Part shown: positions 40,964 through 50,888 of the stretch, piece after piece
Numbering within the stretch: position 1 is the first letter of the stretch
Layout: each line of letters starts with the position of its first letter
Assembly: GCA_037189525.1 (NCBI GenBank)
Contig: JBBCJC010000003.1
Coordinates: forward strand, 576,001-640,000
DNA: 64,000 nt
Source: Gemmatimonadales bacterium
GTDB taxonomy: Bacteria > Gemmatimonadota > Gemmatimonadetes > Gemmatimonadales > GWC2-71-9
Reading direction: 5' to 3'
Program-made: the position numbers and the translations under genes
The notes under the pieces: model-generated
Told to the model about the DNA's origin: nothing
The model's database searches: none
What the model saw: only the letters and a program-made list of their open reading frames with translations

Positions 40964-41275
40964 TCACGCTTTCTTACGATTCGAGAAGAGGCCGCCGAAG
41001 AAACGCCCGAAGTACCCGGGATCCTGCTGCTTGGCGAGCGTTTCGAGTTCACCGTCGTCGAGCCAGATTCCGTTACAGTCGGGGCAACGGTCGATTTCGA
41101 CGCCGCCGACGGCCTGGTGCTCCAGATGGCCGCCGTCTTTGGGACAGCGCATGTAGTGCGTCTTCCGCTCCGCCAGGTCGGCCTCTTTCTGCTGCGCGAG
41201 ACGCTGCGTTTCGAGCAACTCGGCATTCTGGCGAGCGAAGTATTCGTCTTCGTTCTGACTGGGCTTCTCGGTCAT
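40964..41275 (-). CDS. Small zinc-ribbon (zf-TFIIB-like) protein
   Basis: MRCPKD...[24 protein letters not shown]. Confidence 0.8.
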   Translation of the reverse strand: MTEKPSQNEDEYFARQNAELLETQRLAQQKEADLAERKTHYMRCPKDGGHLEHQAVGGVEIDRCPDCNGIWLDDGELETLAKQQDPGYFGRFFGGLFSNRKKA

Positions 41276-41300
41276 CGGGAACCTCGCAAAAGGGCGGTGG

Positions 41301-42011
41301 TCAGGAGGAAGCCGGCGCGACCGAGGCTCGCGTCCAGCGCATGAGCGATGTAAAGGTGCGGCGCCCTGCCGAGCTGCCGAGCATGTCGTCGGCCAGGCGT
41401 TCGGGATGCGGCATCATGCCGACGACGGTGCCGCCGGGGCTCGAGATGGCCGCAATGTCGCGCACCGCTGCGTTGGGATTGGGATGCACGTCCGGCATGC
41501 CGGTCGCGACGTATCGCATCACGATTCGGCCGGTGGACTCGAGCTGGTCGAGCGTCTCTTCCGATGCAGTAAAGCGTCCGTCGCCGTGCCCGACCGGAAT
41601 CCGGATGATTTCACCCTGGCGGTAGTCGCCGGTAAACGGAGTGTCGGTTCGCTCGATCCGGACATCGACCGGGCGCGAGACGTAGCGCAAGCTTTCGTTC
41701 CGGACCAACCCGCCGGGCAGCAATCCTGCTTCGCACAGGATCTGGAACCCGTTGCAGATGCCGAGCACCGGCTTACCGTCCGCGGCGTGGCGCTCGACCG
41801 CCGCCATGATCGGGCTGAACCGCGCGATGGCGCCGGCCCGCAGGTAGTCGCCGTAGCTGAAGCCACCGGGGAGAATCACGGCGTCGGCATCCCGCAGATC
41901 GGTTTCGCGATGGAAGACGTAGAACGCCGTGCCGCCTTCGCGCTCGACCGCCCGGTACGCATCCGGCTCGCAGTTGCTGCCGGGAAACCGGAGAACCGCC
42001 ACCCGTGTCAT
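41301..42011 (-). CDS. purQ: FGAM synthase glutaminase subunit PurQ
   Basis: FPGSNC, PGGFSYGDY, GICNGFQ and MMPHPER. Confidence 0.96.
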   Translation of the reverse strand: MTRVAVLRFPGSNCEPDAYRAVEREGGTAFYVFHRETDLRDADAVILPGGFSYGDYLRAGAIARFSPIMAAVERHAADGKPVLGICNGFQILCEAGLLPGGLVRNESLRYVSRPVDVRIERTDTPFTGDYRQGEIIRIPVGHGDGRFTASEETLDQLESTGRIVMRYVATGMPDVHPNPNAAVRDIAAISSPGGTVVGMMPHPERLADDMLGSSAGRRTFTSLMRWTRASVAPASS

Positions 42012-42259
42012 CGCGCCGTCACCTCGATCTCGTACTCTTCCGTGACGGGGTTGGCGAGCAGCTTTTCACACATGGCAATCGCCGCGGTGCGCGCCGCACT
42101 CTCGTTGTCGGCTTGCAGGTCGAACGCGATGGCGCGGCCGACGTGGACGTTGCCCGCCTGGTCGAACTTGAGCGCGCGGAGCGCCGATTCGACGGCTTGG
42201 CCTTGCGGATCGAGCAGGCCACGGCGCGGCATGACACGGACAAAAACTCGGAAACTCAT
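42008..42259 (-). CDS. purS: FGAM synthase subunit PurS
   Basis: LDPQGQAV and LLANPV. Confidence 0.93.
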   Translation of the reverse strand: MSFRVFVRVMPRRGLLDPQGQAVESALRALKFDQAGNVHVGRAIAFDLQADNESAARTAAIAMCEKLLANPVTEEYEIEVTAR

Positions 42260-43080
42260 CGTTCCTCCTCGGGAACGCGATCGACAGAAGAATGGTCACC
42301 GGCGGCCGCGGGGAGCTCGGCCGGTTGGCCGCGCTCGAGCAGATTCAGGACCATGTGGCGGACGATGCCGCCCAGCATATAGAAGATGCCCAGCAGAAAC
42401 AGGAACGAGCCGGGAGCCAGGATGGCGCCCCCGATGATCACGATATGGACCAGCAGGCCGGCAACGCCGGACCAGGTCCGCACCCCGATGCGCGGCCAGC
42501 GGGGATACTTGATGTTGCTCACCATCAGGGCCGCGAGCAGCAGGATCAGGACGGTCACCCCGATGTGCTGCGCATCCCGATCGGCGAATGTCGTCTGGTA
42601 CCAGGCCGTTTCGGTGAACAGGAAAAAGGTGGCCAGCGTCATCCCGGCCGCCGGCGATGGGATCCCGGTGAACCACGACGACGGCGCCCCGTGAGACATC
42701 ACGTTGTACCGGGCCAGCCGGAGTGCCGTCGCAACGACGTAGAGGTAGCAGACCACCCAGCCGAACTTGCCCGCCGTAGTGAACTCGAGAAAGTACATCA
42801 GCAGCGCCGGCGCGACCCCGAAGGACACCACGTCGACCAGCGAGTCCAGCTCGGCGCCGAATTTGGTTCCGGTGTTCGAGAGCCGGGCAATCCGGCCATC
42901 GACCATGTCGAGGATGCCGGCAAACACGATGAAGAATCCGGCCCACCGGAAGTTGCCGTTGAAGGCCATCACGATGGCCCAGAATCCGAAGAACAGATTG
43001 GCGAGCGTGAAGAAACTGGGAACGACGACGACGACGCGCCGAATTCCAGTCTGACGACGCGGCTCCGTCACGTCGGCCAT
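42256..43080 (-). CDS. pssA: CDP-diacylglycerol--serine O-phosphatidyltransferase
   Basis: DMVDGRIAR...[15 protein letters not shown] and LRLARYN; adjacent to psd. Confidence 0.9.
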   Translation of the reverse strand: MADVTEPRRQTGIRRVVVVVPSFFTLANLFFGFWAIVMAFNGNFRWAGFFIVFAGILDMVDGRIARLSNTGTKFGAELDSLVDVVSFGVAPALLMYFLEFTTAGKFGWVVCYLYVVATALRLARYNVMSHGAPSSWFTGIPSPAAGMTLATFFLFTETAWYQTTFADRDAQHIGVTVLILLLAALMVSNIKYPRWPRIGVRTWSGVAGLLVHIVIIGGAILAPGSFLFLLGIFYMLGGIVRHMVLNLLERGQPAELPAAAGDHSSVDRVPEEER

Positions 43081-43697
43081 GTGGCAATCACCGTCTCGCC
43101 CGCTTTGGTGATATCCCCGGCCTTGACGCGGAGCGTGGCGCCAGGCGGGAGGAAGAGATCGACTCGCGAACCGAAACGGATCAGGCCGAGGCGATCACCT
43201 TGGGTTGCCTGATGACCGACCTGGTGATCGGTCACGATGCGGCGCGCGACCAGGCCGGCAATCTGGCGGATCAGCAGCTTGCCACGAGCGGTCAGCAATC
43301 CGATCGTCGCCTGCTCGTTGGCGGTGCTGGCCTTCTCCACGGCGGCGTTGAGGAACGCGCCTTCCGTGTAGCTGCGGAACTCGACGGTGCCGCTAGCCGG
43401 GTATCGGTTCACATGGACGTTGAACACGTTCATGAAGATGGCGACGCGGGTCGCCGGTCCGCCCAGATAGACGGGTTCGTCGATCGGAATGATGCTGACG
43501 ATCTTCCCGTCGGCGGGAGCCAAAACAAGTTCGTCGCCCCGAACCCGGTCACGGACCGGATCACGGAAGAACGCAATCACCCAGATCACGATCGGCAGCC
43601 AGATCAGCGCCGCAACCTGCCACCCCGCGGCCGCGAGCAGCACCAGGATTGCCGCGGCGATCAGGATGAACGGCCAGCCCTCCCGCGCAACTTTCAT
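43068..43697 (-). CDS. psd: Phosphatidylserine decarboxylase proenzyme
   Basis: FFRDP, APADG, HVNR, QIAG and IRFGSRVD. Confidence 0.92.
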   Translation of the reverse strand: MKVAREGWPFILIAAAILVLLAAAGWQVAALIWLPIVIWVIAFFRDPVRDRVRGDELVLAPADGKIVSIIPIDEPVYLGGPATRVAIFMNVFNVHVNRYPASGTVEFRSYTEGAFLNAAVEKASTANEQATIGLLTARGKLLIRQIAGLVARRIVTDHQVGHQATQGDRLGLIRFGSRVDLFLPPGATLRVKAGDITKAGETVIATWPT

Positions 43698-44617
43698 GGC
43701 TCGTCCTCAGCAAGTGGGGCACCGGTGAGCAGACGATAGGCCTCGAGGTAGCGCCGGCTGGTGGCATCGACGACTTCGGGCGGCAAAGGCGGAGGCGGCG
43801 CTTCCATGTTCCAGCGCCCGGCCCGCTGGAGATCCTGGAGGTAATCGCGGAGCGGCTGCTTGTCGAAGCTCGGCTGGGCGCGGCCGGGAGCATACCGGTC
43901 TTCGGGCCAGAAACGGGACGAGTCCGGCGTGAGCACTTCGTCGATCAGACGCAAGGTGCCGTCCGGGTCCAGGCCGAATTCGAACTTGGTGTCGGCGATG
44001 ATGATGCCGCGGGTGGCCGCATGATCCCGGCCGGCGCGATAGATCGCCTGGCTCCGCGCTTCGAGCTGCGCGGTAAAGTCGGCGCCGAGCGCTTGCGCGA
44101 CATCCTCGGGCGTCACATTGATGTCGTGGCCCGAGGCGGCCTTCGTAGCCGGCGAAAAGACCGGCGTCGGGAAGGGGTCGCTTTCGCGCAGCCCCGGAGG
44201 CAGTGGCGCGCCGGCCAGCGTGCCGGTTGCTGCGTACTCTTTCCAGGCCGACCCCGAGATGTAGCCACGAATCACGCACTCGAACAGCACCGGCTCGGTA
44301 CGCCGCACCAGCATGGCGCGCCCGAACAGCTGGCGTCGCTCACCGGCCAGGGCCGGAATCTCACGGACGATTCGATCGACATCGGCGGTCAGGAAGTGGG
44401 TCGGACCGAGCGGCGCCAGCTTGGCAAACCAGAAGGCCGAGAGCTGGGTGAGAACGGCGCCTTTCCGCGGAATGGTCTCGTTCATGACGATATCGAACGC
44501 GCTGACCCGGTCGCTGGCGACCAGCAGCAGACGGTCGGCGTCGACTTCATACACTTCGCGTACCTTGCCGCGTCGCAGCAACGGCAGCGGAAGCGAACTG
44601 GCCGTGAGCGCGGTCAT
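43694..44617 (-). CDS. purC: SAICAR synthase
   Basis: GKVREVY, SDRVSAFD, ADTKFEFG and DEVLTPDSSRFW. Confidence 0.95.
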   Translation of the reverse strand: MTALTASSLPLPLLRRGKVREVYEVDADRLLLVASDRVSAFDIVMNETIPRKGAVLTQLSAFWFAKLAPLGPTHFLTADVDRIVREIPALAGERRQLFGRAMLVRRTEPVLFECVIRGYISGSAWKEYAATGTLAGAPLPPGLRESDPFPTPVFSPATKAASGHDINVTPEDVAQALGADFTAQLEARSQAIYRAGRDHAATRGIIIADTKFEFGLDPDGTLRLIDEVLTPDSSRFWPEDRYAPGRAQPSFDKQPLRDYLQDLQRAGRWNMEAPPPPLPPEVVDATSRRYLEAYRLLTGAPLAEDEP

Positions 44618-46053
44618 ACCGTCACCTCCGGAGCCGGCGCGTCCGCGGCGACGGCGGATGCCCGGTCGAGCAGCGGGAGGAAAAACTCCCGGAGAAATTC
44701 CGCGGTCTGCTCGGGCGCCCGTCCGACGTATCGAGCCGGGTCGAGCTCGGCGCGCAGCTGCGCCACCGGCACCGAGGCAAACTCGGGCGCCACGGCCAGT
44801 CGTTCGAGCAAGTCGTTCGGACCGCCTTCGCTGACCTGCTTGGCAACCGCATGGCTCGCCTGGCGAATCACTTCGTGCAGTTCCTGGCGATCGCCGCCGG
44901 CCCGGACTCCGACCATCATCCACCGCTCGGTGGCCATGAACGGCATCTGATCGGCGACATGCCGCGCGATCACCCCTTCCCGGACTTCGAGGCCGGCCGC
45001 GATGTTGGTCGCCAGAATCAGGACCGCGTCGGTGGCCAGGAACGCCTCGGGCAGCGTGAGCCGGCGGTTGGCGCTGTCGTCGAGCGTGCGCTCGAGCCAC
45101 TGGGTCGCCGCGGTATGCGCGGTATTGCCCGTCAGCGAGATGACGAACCGCGCCAGCGCATTGATCCGCTCGGCGCGCATCGGGTTCCGCTTGTACGCCA
45201 TGGCGCTCGAACCGATCTGCTCCGACTCGAACGGTTCGAGCAGCTCACCTTCGTGCTGCAGCAGGCGCAGATCCGAAGCCATCTTCGAAGCCGACTGCGT
45301 GATCCCGCTCAGCAGATCGAGAATCTGGGCATCGGCCTTCCGGCTGTAGGTCTGGCCGGTCACGGGAAACGACGCTGAGAAGCCGAGCCGGCGAGTGACG
45401 GCGCGGTCGAGCTCCCGCACCTTGTCGTGGTCGCCGTGGAACAGTTCGAGGAAGGAGGCCTGGGTGCCGGTCGTGCCCTTGCAGCCGCGAGTGCGCAGCG
45501 CCTCCAGCCGATGGAGCATTTCTTCGATGTCCAGCGCGATGTCCTGGGCCCACAGGGTGGCCCGCTTGCCGACCGTCGTGAGCTGCGCAGGCTGGAAGTG
45601 GGTGTAGGCCAGACAGGGCAGGGAAGCGTAGCGCTCCGCAAAGCCGGCCAGGGCGCGTCCCAGCGCCACTAGGCGACCCAAGAGGAGGCGCAGGCCGTCC
45701 CGCATCACCATCATGTCCGCGTTGTCGGTCACGAAGGCGCTGGTGGCACCCAGGTGGATGAACGGCCGTGCTGCCGGAGCCTGCTCACCCAGCGCATGTA
45801 CGTGCGCCATCACGTCGTGGCGGAACCGTCGTTCGAATTGGGCCGCCTGAGCCAGATCGCAGTCGTCGAGATGGGCCCGAATCTGTTCCAGCGCCTCGTC
45901 GGGAATCGCGATGCCCAGCTCCCGCTCCGCTTCAGCCAGGGCCAGCCAGATCCGGCGCCAGAGCCCGACTTTGTATCGCTCGCTCCACAGGAGTTGCATC
46001 GCGGGCGAGGCGTATCGGGTTCCCAACGGGGAGTTGTAGCGGGGCTCGGTCAT
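44614..46053 (-). CDS. purB: Adenylosuccinate lyase
   Basis: HDVMAH, HLGATS and GSSAMAYKRNP. Confidence 0.95.
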   Translation of the reverse strand: MTEPRYNSPLGTRYASPAMQLLWSERYKVGLWRRIWLALAEAERELGIAIPDEALEQIRAHLDDCDLAQAAQFERRFRHDVMAHVHALGEQAPAARPFIHLGATSAFVTDNADMMVMRDGLRLLLGRLVALGRALAGFAERYASLPCLAYTHFQPAQLTTVGKRATLWAQDIALDIEEMLHRLEALRTRGCKGTTGTQASFLELFHGDHDKVRELDRAVTRRLGFSASFPVTGQTYSRKADAQILDLLSGITQSASKMASDLRLLQHEGELLEPFESEQIGSSAMAYKRNPMRAERINALARFVISLTGNTAHTAATQWLERTLDDSANRRLTLPEAFLATDAVLILATNIAAGLEVREGVIARHVADQMPFMATERWMMVGVRAGGDRQELHEVIRQASHAVAKQVSEGGPNDLLERLAVAPEFASVPVAQLRAELDPARYVGRAPEQTAEFLREFFLPLLDRASAVAADAPAPEVTV

Positions 46054-47483
46054 CGGAACGAAAGATCCACGTAAGAGTAGGCGCCGGCCCGTTCGAAGAA
46101 GATCCGGAACAGCGCATTCGAGCCCATCGACTCGAGCATGCCTGCTACCTGCGCTGCCGTCCGGACTTCGGTCCGGTTGATGGCGATCAGGACATCGCCT
46201 TCCATCAGCCCGGTGGCCCGGCTGACTTCCGGAGTAATCCGGTAGATCAGCGCACCCCGGTCGCGGCGGAGCCGGCGTTCCGCCATCACGCTCGGGTTGA
46301 CGGTGATCAGCTCGAGACCGCGGATCACGCTGACTTTGGCGGCGGTGACGCTGGGCAAGTCGCCCGTGACGATCCGACGTGTTTCGAGCGCCGCGGCCGC
46401 GCCGCGCTTGAAGCGCAGCGAGACGGTGTCGCCGACGTGGAGGTCGAGCTTGACGGCTTCCCAATCGAGATAGTTGCGGAGCTGGCGACCGTTCGCTTCG
46501 ACCAGCACCGCCCCCGGCTCGATACCGGCCTTGGCCGCGGGGCCGTCCGCCGTCACATCCACGACGCGCACGCCGCCCGACCGCTTCCAGTCGCGCATGG
46601 TCGAGGCGTCGCCCACCGTAAGACCGGTCCAGGCCCGCCGAACTGCGCCGTTCCGGATGATTTCATCGGCTACCCGGATCACCCGTTCGATCGGAATGGC
46701 AAAGCCGATTCCGGTCGAGCCGGCGGTGGTCGAGAGGATGAACGAGTTGACGCCGACCACTTCGCCAAGCGAATTGGTCAGCGGGCCGCCCGAGTTACCC
46801 TGGTTGATCGCGGCGTCGGTCTGAATCATGTCCAGATAGAGGCCGGACAGGGTGTTGTTCGGCAGCACGTTCCGACCGAGCGCGCTGACGACCCCCGCCG
46901 TCACGGTCGGCTCGGCGTTGCCAAGCAGATAGGTGTAGGGATTACCCAGCGCCACGACCCACTCGCCGATCATCAGGTCGGTACTGCGTCCGATCTGGAC
47001 TGCGGGCAGCGTCTGATCGACCTTGAGCACCGCAATGTCGGTGGTCGGATCTTCACCCAGCAGCGTGGCGGGCAGGTCGGTGCCGTCGGGCAGCGATACC
47101 GTAATCGAGTCGGCGCCTTCGACCACATGCTGGTTGGTGACGATGATCCCGTTCGGCTTGGCGACGAAGCCGGTGCCGTAACCCTGAACGGTTCGTTCGG
47201 TCGTCTGCGGCACGAAGAAGGAGAAGAAATCGCTCGGCTCGCCGGCGGCCACGCGGCGCCGCGAGAGCACGCTGATCGAGACGACCGAAGGAGCGACCCG
47301 CGTCACCGCATCGACGATCGCGGTTTTACGGCTGGTGTCGATGGACGACGAAGACGTCGCCGCTCGCTGGGCACTGGCCTGGTCGCCGAGCGGGGCAGCA
47401 TCCTGTTGCCGATCGGAGCACGCCACGAAGGCGCCTGCGAGCAGCAGGGACGCGATCAGGAAGCGAAGGGAGGCGCGAACCAT
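46050..47483 (-). CDS. HtrA/DegP family serine protease with PDZ domains, probable lipoprotein
   Basis: FVAC lipobox, TNQHV, DIAVL and QTDAAINQGNSGG. Confidence 0.9.
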   Translation of the reverse strand: MVRASLRFLIASLLLAGAFVACSDRQQDAAPLGDQASAQRAATSSSSIDTSRKTAIVDAVTRVAPSVVSISVLSRRRVAAGEPSDFFSFFVPQTTERTVQGYGTGFVAKPNGIIVTNQHVVEGADSITVSLPDGTDLPATLLGEDPTTDIAVLKVDQTLPAVQIGRSTDLMIGEWVVALGNPYTYLLGNAEPTVTAGVVSALGRNVLPNNTLSGLYLDMIQTDAAINQGNSGGPLTNSLGEVVGVNSFILSTTAGSTGIGFAIPIERVIRVADEIIRNGAVRRAWTGLTVGDASTMRDWKRSGGVRVVDVTADGPAAKAGIEPGAVLVEANGRQLRNYLDWEAVKLDLHVGDTVSLRFKRGAAAALETRRIVTGDLPSVTAAKVSVIRGLELITVNPSVMAERRLRRDRGALIYRITPEVSRATGLMEGDVLIAINRTEVRTAAQVAGMLESMGSNALFRIFFERAGAYSYVDLSFR

Positions 47484-48235
47484 TCCTCTGAATACACCGC
47501 GGTTACGAAGTAGAGACCCTCGGCCGGCGCCGGCGGACTGGTCCGGACGTCGGCGGCCCGAGCCAGCAGCCGGTCGAGATCGTCGAGCGGTCGGCGTCCG
47601 AGTGCGATATCCACCGACGTGCCGACCAGCATGCGCACCATGTGGTGCAGGAAGCGGTTGGCAGCGATGGCAAACGTCACCCCGGCTCCATCCGGGCGCT
47701 CGGTCCATTCGGCCTGGCGGATCTCGCATCGCGTGTGCGGCGGATGCGACCGCAGAACCGAAAGGGCGGCGAAATCATGTTCGCCCGGCAAGCGACTCGC
47801 GCAGGTTCGCAATAGCGCGAGGTCGAGCGGGATCCCCAAGGCCCATTCATAAGGCCGCCGGAACGGGGATCGGGCCAGGCGATCGGTGCCGATCTGATAT
47901 CGATACCGTCGTTCGGTCGCCGAGCGCCGGGCATGAAACCCTTCACGTGCTTCCCGGACCGCGGTCACGAAACAGTCGCGGGGCGCCAGCGCGTTCATGG
48001 CTCGCTCTAACGCAGCCGGGGTCCAGCGATCCGGGAGAGCGAAGCTGATCGCCATTCCCAAAGCGTGGACCCCGGCGTCGGTTCGGCCTGCCGCGTGCAC
48101 GCGCACCGGTTGGCCCGCGAGCCGCTGGAGTACCGCCTCCAGCTCGGTCTGTACCGCGCGTCCTTCTCGCTGACGTTGCCAGCCGACGAAGTCGGTGCCG
48201 TCGAATTGGAGCGTCGCGAGAAACGTTCGCGGCAT
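47456..48235 (-). CDS. truA: tRNA pseudouridine(38-40) synthase
   Basis: FDGTDFVGWQ, AGRTDAGVHA and FLHHMVR. Second ATG preferred (first at 48241). Confidence 0.94.
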   Translation of the reverse strand: MPRTFLATLQFDGTDFVGWQRQREGRAVQTELEAVLQRLAGQPVRVHAAGRTDAGVHALGMAISFALPDRWTPAALERAMNALAPRDCFVTAVREAREGFHARRSATERRYRYQIGTDRLARSPFRRPYEWALGIPLDLALLRTCASRLPGEHDFAALSVLRSHPPHTRCEIRQAEWTERPDGAGVTFAIAANRFLHHMVRMLVGTSVDIALGRRPLDDLDRLLARAADVRTSPPAPAEGLYFVTAVYSEEWFAPPFAS

Positions 48236-48370
48236 CGTCATTAATGTAGCGCAAGACAGGGGGGAAACAAAGCCGGGTGTGGTCCGGAAAACCGGGGTCC
48301 TGGCGACGAAAAACCCCGCGATCGGCCAGCCAGCCGACCACGGGGCACCTGATGATCCGGCGGCGGAGAA

Positions 48371-48979
48371 TCAGTACTTCCGAATGACCCCGACCACCAC
48401 ACCCTGAACCATGACGTCGCTTTCCGGCACCCGAATCGGCTGCATGGTCGCGTTGGCTGGCTGGAGCCGGACCCAGCCGCCGCTTTCCCGGTAGTACCGT
48501 TTGACTGTGGCCTCGGCGCCGTTGACCAGCGCAATGACCATTTCTCCGTTATCGGCGGTTTGCCGTCCGTGAACCACGACGAGGTCGCCGTCGATGACGT
48601 GATCATCGATCATCGAGTTGCCCCGGACCCGGAGAGCGTAATTCGGTCCTCGGCGGCTCAACATCTGATCGGGCACCGACACCATTTCACCATGCACGGC
48701 TGCCTCGATCGGCAAGCCGGCGGCGACCAGGCCCAGGAGCGGGATTTCGGTCGCTCCGGCTGCGCCTTTGGGCGGCAGGACTTCGATGGACCGACTCTCG
48801 TTATAGGTGCGCCGGATGTACCCTTTGCGTTCGAGATTGGTCAGGTGCTCGTGCACCGTCGCCAGTGACTGGAAGGCAAACTGCTCGGCGATTTCCTCGA
48901 AACTTGGCGCATAGCCATACTGGCGAATGTGCTGCTCGAGGTAGGTCAGGATTTCCCGCTGGCGTCGTGTCAGCGCCAT
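48371..48979 (-). CDS. lexA: SOS repressor LexA
   Basis: LTRRQREIL, PSFEEI, VAAG cleavage site, GNSM and ATVK; GGAGG SD. Confidence 0.95.
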   Translation of the reverse strand: MALTRRQREILTYLEQHIRQYGYAPSFEEIAEQFAFQSLATVHEHLTNLERKGYIRRTYNESRSIEVLPPKGAAGATEIPLLGLVAAGLPIEAAVHGEMVSVPDQMLSRRGPNYALRVRGNSMIDDHVIDGDLVVVHGRQTADNGEMVIALVNGAEATVKRYYRESGGWVRLQPANATMQPIRVPESDVMVQGVVVGVIRKY

Positions 48980-49166
48980 AATTGGTCCTCCGGAGGTCGG
49001 CCGCAGTTTCGGAGACCCGAAACAATGCCAAAGTACCCGAACGGGTACCGAAGCGCAAGCCGTCCCGATCGGTTCGGCATGCCATTGGCGGCTTATTATC
49101 TTGTGCTGATCGCTGTCCGGGCACGGGGGTGCCGGCCGGCGGGTACCAGATGCCATCGACGACGCG

Positions 49167-50888
49167 TTGCCTTTGGGGGGCCGCCTGACGGATGCTGTCC
49201 GCTCCGCGGGAGATCTCGATCTTCCGCTCCCGCCACAGCAGGTCGAGGAACTGATCCGAACCGTCGTCAAGGCGGTGCGGGCGTTCCAGATGTATCTCCC
49301 CAACAACCCCATCTATCAGCGTTCGATCGACGCGTTGCGCGCCGCTTTCAATCCGATCTGGGCCAACGTTGCGTCCCTGACGCTCAAGGTGGTCGAAACC
49401 GATCTGGTCTGGGAAGACCAGGTGGTCTATCACCAGCCGATTCGGACCGAGAGCTTTGCATGGAGTCTCTATAAAGACGGACTCCGGTTGCTGGTTTTAC
49501 GCCCCGGTGTCGAGGATGAGGAGCTGGCGGTCTTTCTGCAGACCATCGTTCGTGCCCGGCTGCTGGCGCCCGATGCGGGCGACGACCTCCTGACGCTGCT
49601 CTGGGAGCACGACTACACCTTCCTCGACTACCGGTTTGCCGAGATCGTGACGGAAACGCTCACGGTGCTCGATCCGCAGGCAATCGAGATGGGTATCGGT
49701 CCGGATCCCTATCAGCAGACCCAGACCCAGCAGCGGATTCGCGATGAACTGGGCTCGATCGGCCCGGGAATCGTCGATCTCGACGAGTTCGACTCGACTC
49801 TGTACTTCCTCGATGAAGTCGAGATCAACGCGCTCAAGCGTCAGGTCGACGAGGAGTACGAGCGCGACATCCGCACCTCGGCGCTCTCGGCGCTGCTCGA
49901 CATCTTCGAATTGCAGGTCAACACCGCCGTGCGCGAAGAGGTCATCTCGGTGCTCGAGTCGGTCTTTCCCAATCTCCTCAACCGCGGCGAGTTCCGAGTC
50001 GTGGCGTGGCTGTTGCGGGAACTGCGGCTGATCGGACATCGGGTTGCGGCCATCGACCCGGCGGTCCGCGGCAAGCTGGACTCGTTCGAGAATCGGCTCA
50101 GCGAACCGGCCTTGCTCGCCCAGATGCTGCAGGCGGTGGACGAAGCCGTGGGTTCGGTCCAGGACGAAGACATGACCGAGCTGCTCAAAGAATTGCGGGT
50201 GCCGGCGCTCGAACCGCTGCTGGTCCATCTGGGCGGCGTGCGCAACGAGCGGGCTCGCAACATCCTGGAGCAGGCGGCCGATCGGATCGTTCGGGGCCAT
50301 ATCGATGAGTTTCTCGGGTTGCTTCGCCGGCGCGACTTCGCGGCCCTGACGGGCGCGATCGGGATCGTGCGGCGGATCGAACTGCAGCCCGCCATCGGCG
50401 CGCTGGGCGATCTGGTGGGTCATCAGGATCCGGCCGTTCGGCTGGCCGCGGTAGAAACGCTGGGCCAGCTGGGCACGCCCGGTGCTCTCTCGCTGCTCGA
50501 GCGCGGGGTCGACGATGCCGATCGGTCCGTGCGGCTGGCGGCGGTCGGGATCGTTGCGAATCGCGGCTACAAGGGTGCGCTCAAGCGTCTCGAAGCGGTG
50601 GTGCAGGGCAAAGGGCCGCATGAACTCGAGCGCGCCGAGCGGCGTCAGTTCTTCGAAGCGTTTGCGGTGGTTGCCGGGCCGAAGGGGTTGCCGATGCTCG
50701 CGGAAATTCTCGAGCCGAAGGGTATGTTCCGTCGTAAGGAGTCGCCGGACACGCGAACCTGCGCCGCCTATGCCATTGCCAGGATCAAAACCGCCGAAGC
50801 GCGAGACGTCCTCGAACGGGTAGCGGCCGACAAGGAACTGTCGGTGCGGAATGCAGTGACGCGAGCGCTGCGGGAGTGGGACGCGTGA
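49167..50888 (+). CDS. HEAT-repeat protein (start uncertain)
   Basis: MYLPNNP N-terminal motif; repeated D-x-x-VRLAAV helical hairpins near the C-terminus. Confidence 0.8.
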   Translation: MPLGGRLTDAVRSAGDLDLPLPPQQVEELIRTVVKAVRAFQMYLPNNPIYQRSIDALRAAFNPIWANVASLTLKVVETDLVWEDQVVYHQPIRTESFAWSLYKDGLRLLVLRPGVEDEELAVFLQTIVRARLLAPDAGDDLLTLLWEHDYTFLDYRFAEIVTETLTVLDPQAIEMGIGPDPYQQTQTQQRIRDELGSIGPGIVDLDEFDSTLYFLDEVEINALKRQVDEEYERDIRTSALSALLDIFELQVNTAVREEVISVLESVFPNLLNRGEFRVVAWLLRELRLIGHRVAAIDPAVRGKLDSFENRLSEPALLAQMLQAVDEAVGSVQDEDMTELLKELRVPALEPLLVHLGGVRNERARNILEQAADRIVRGHIDEFLGLLRRRDFAALTGAIGIVRRIELQPAIGALGDLVGHQDPAVRLAAVETLGQLGTPGALSLLERGVDDADRSVRLAAVGIVANRGYKGALKRLEAVVQGKGPHELERAERRQFFEAFAVVAGPKGLPMLAEILEPKGMFRRKESPDTRTCAAYAIARIKTAEARDVLERVAADKELSVRNAVTRALREWDA

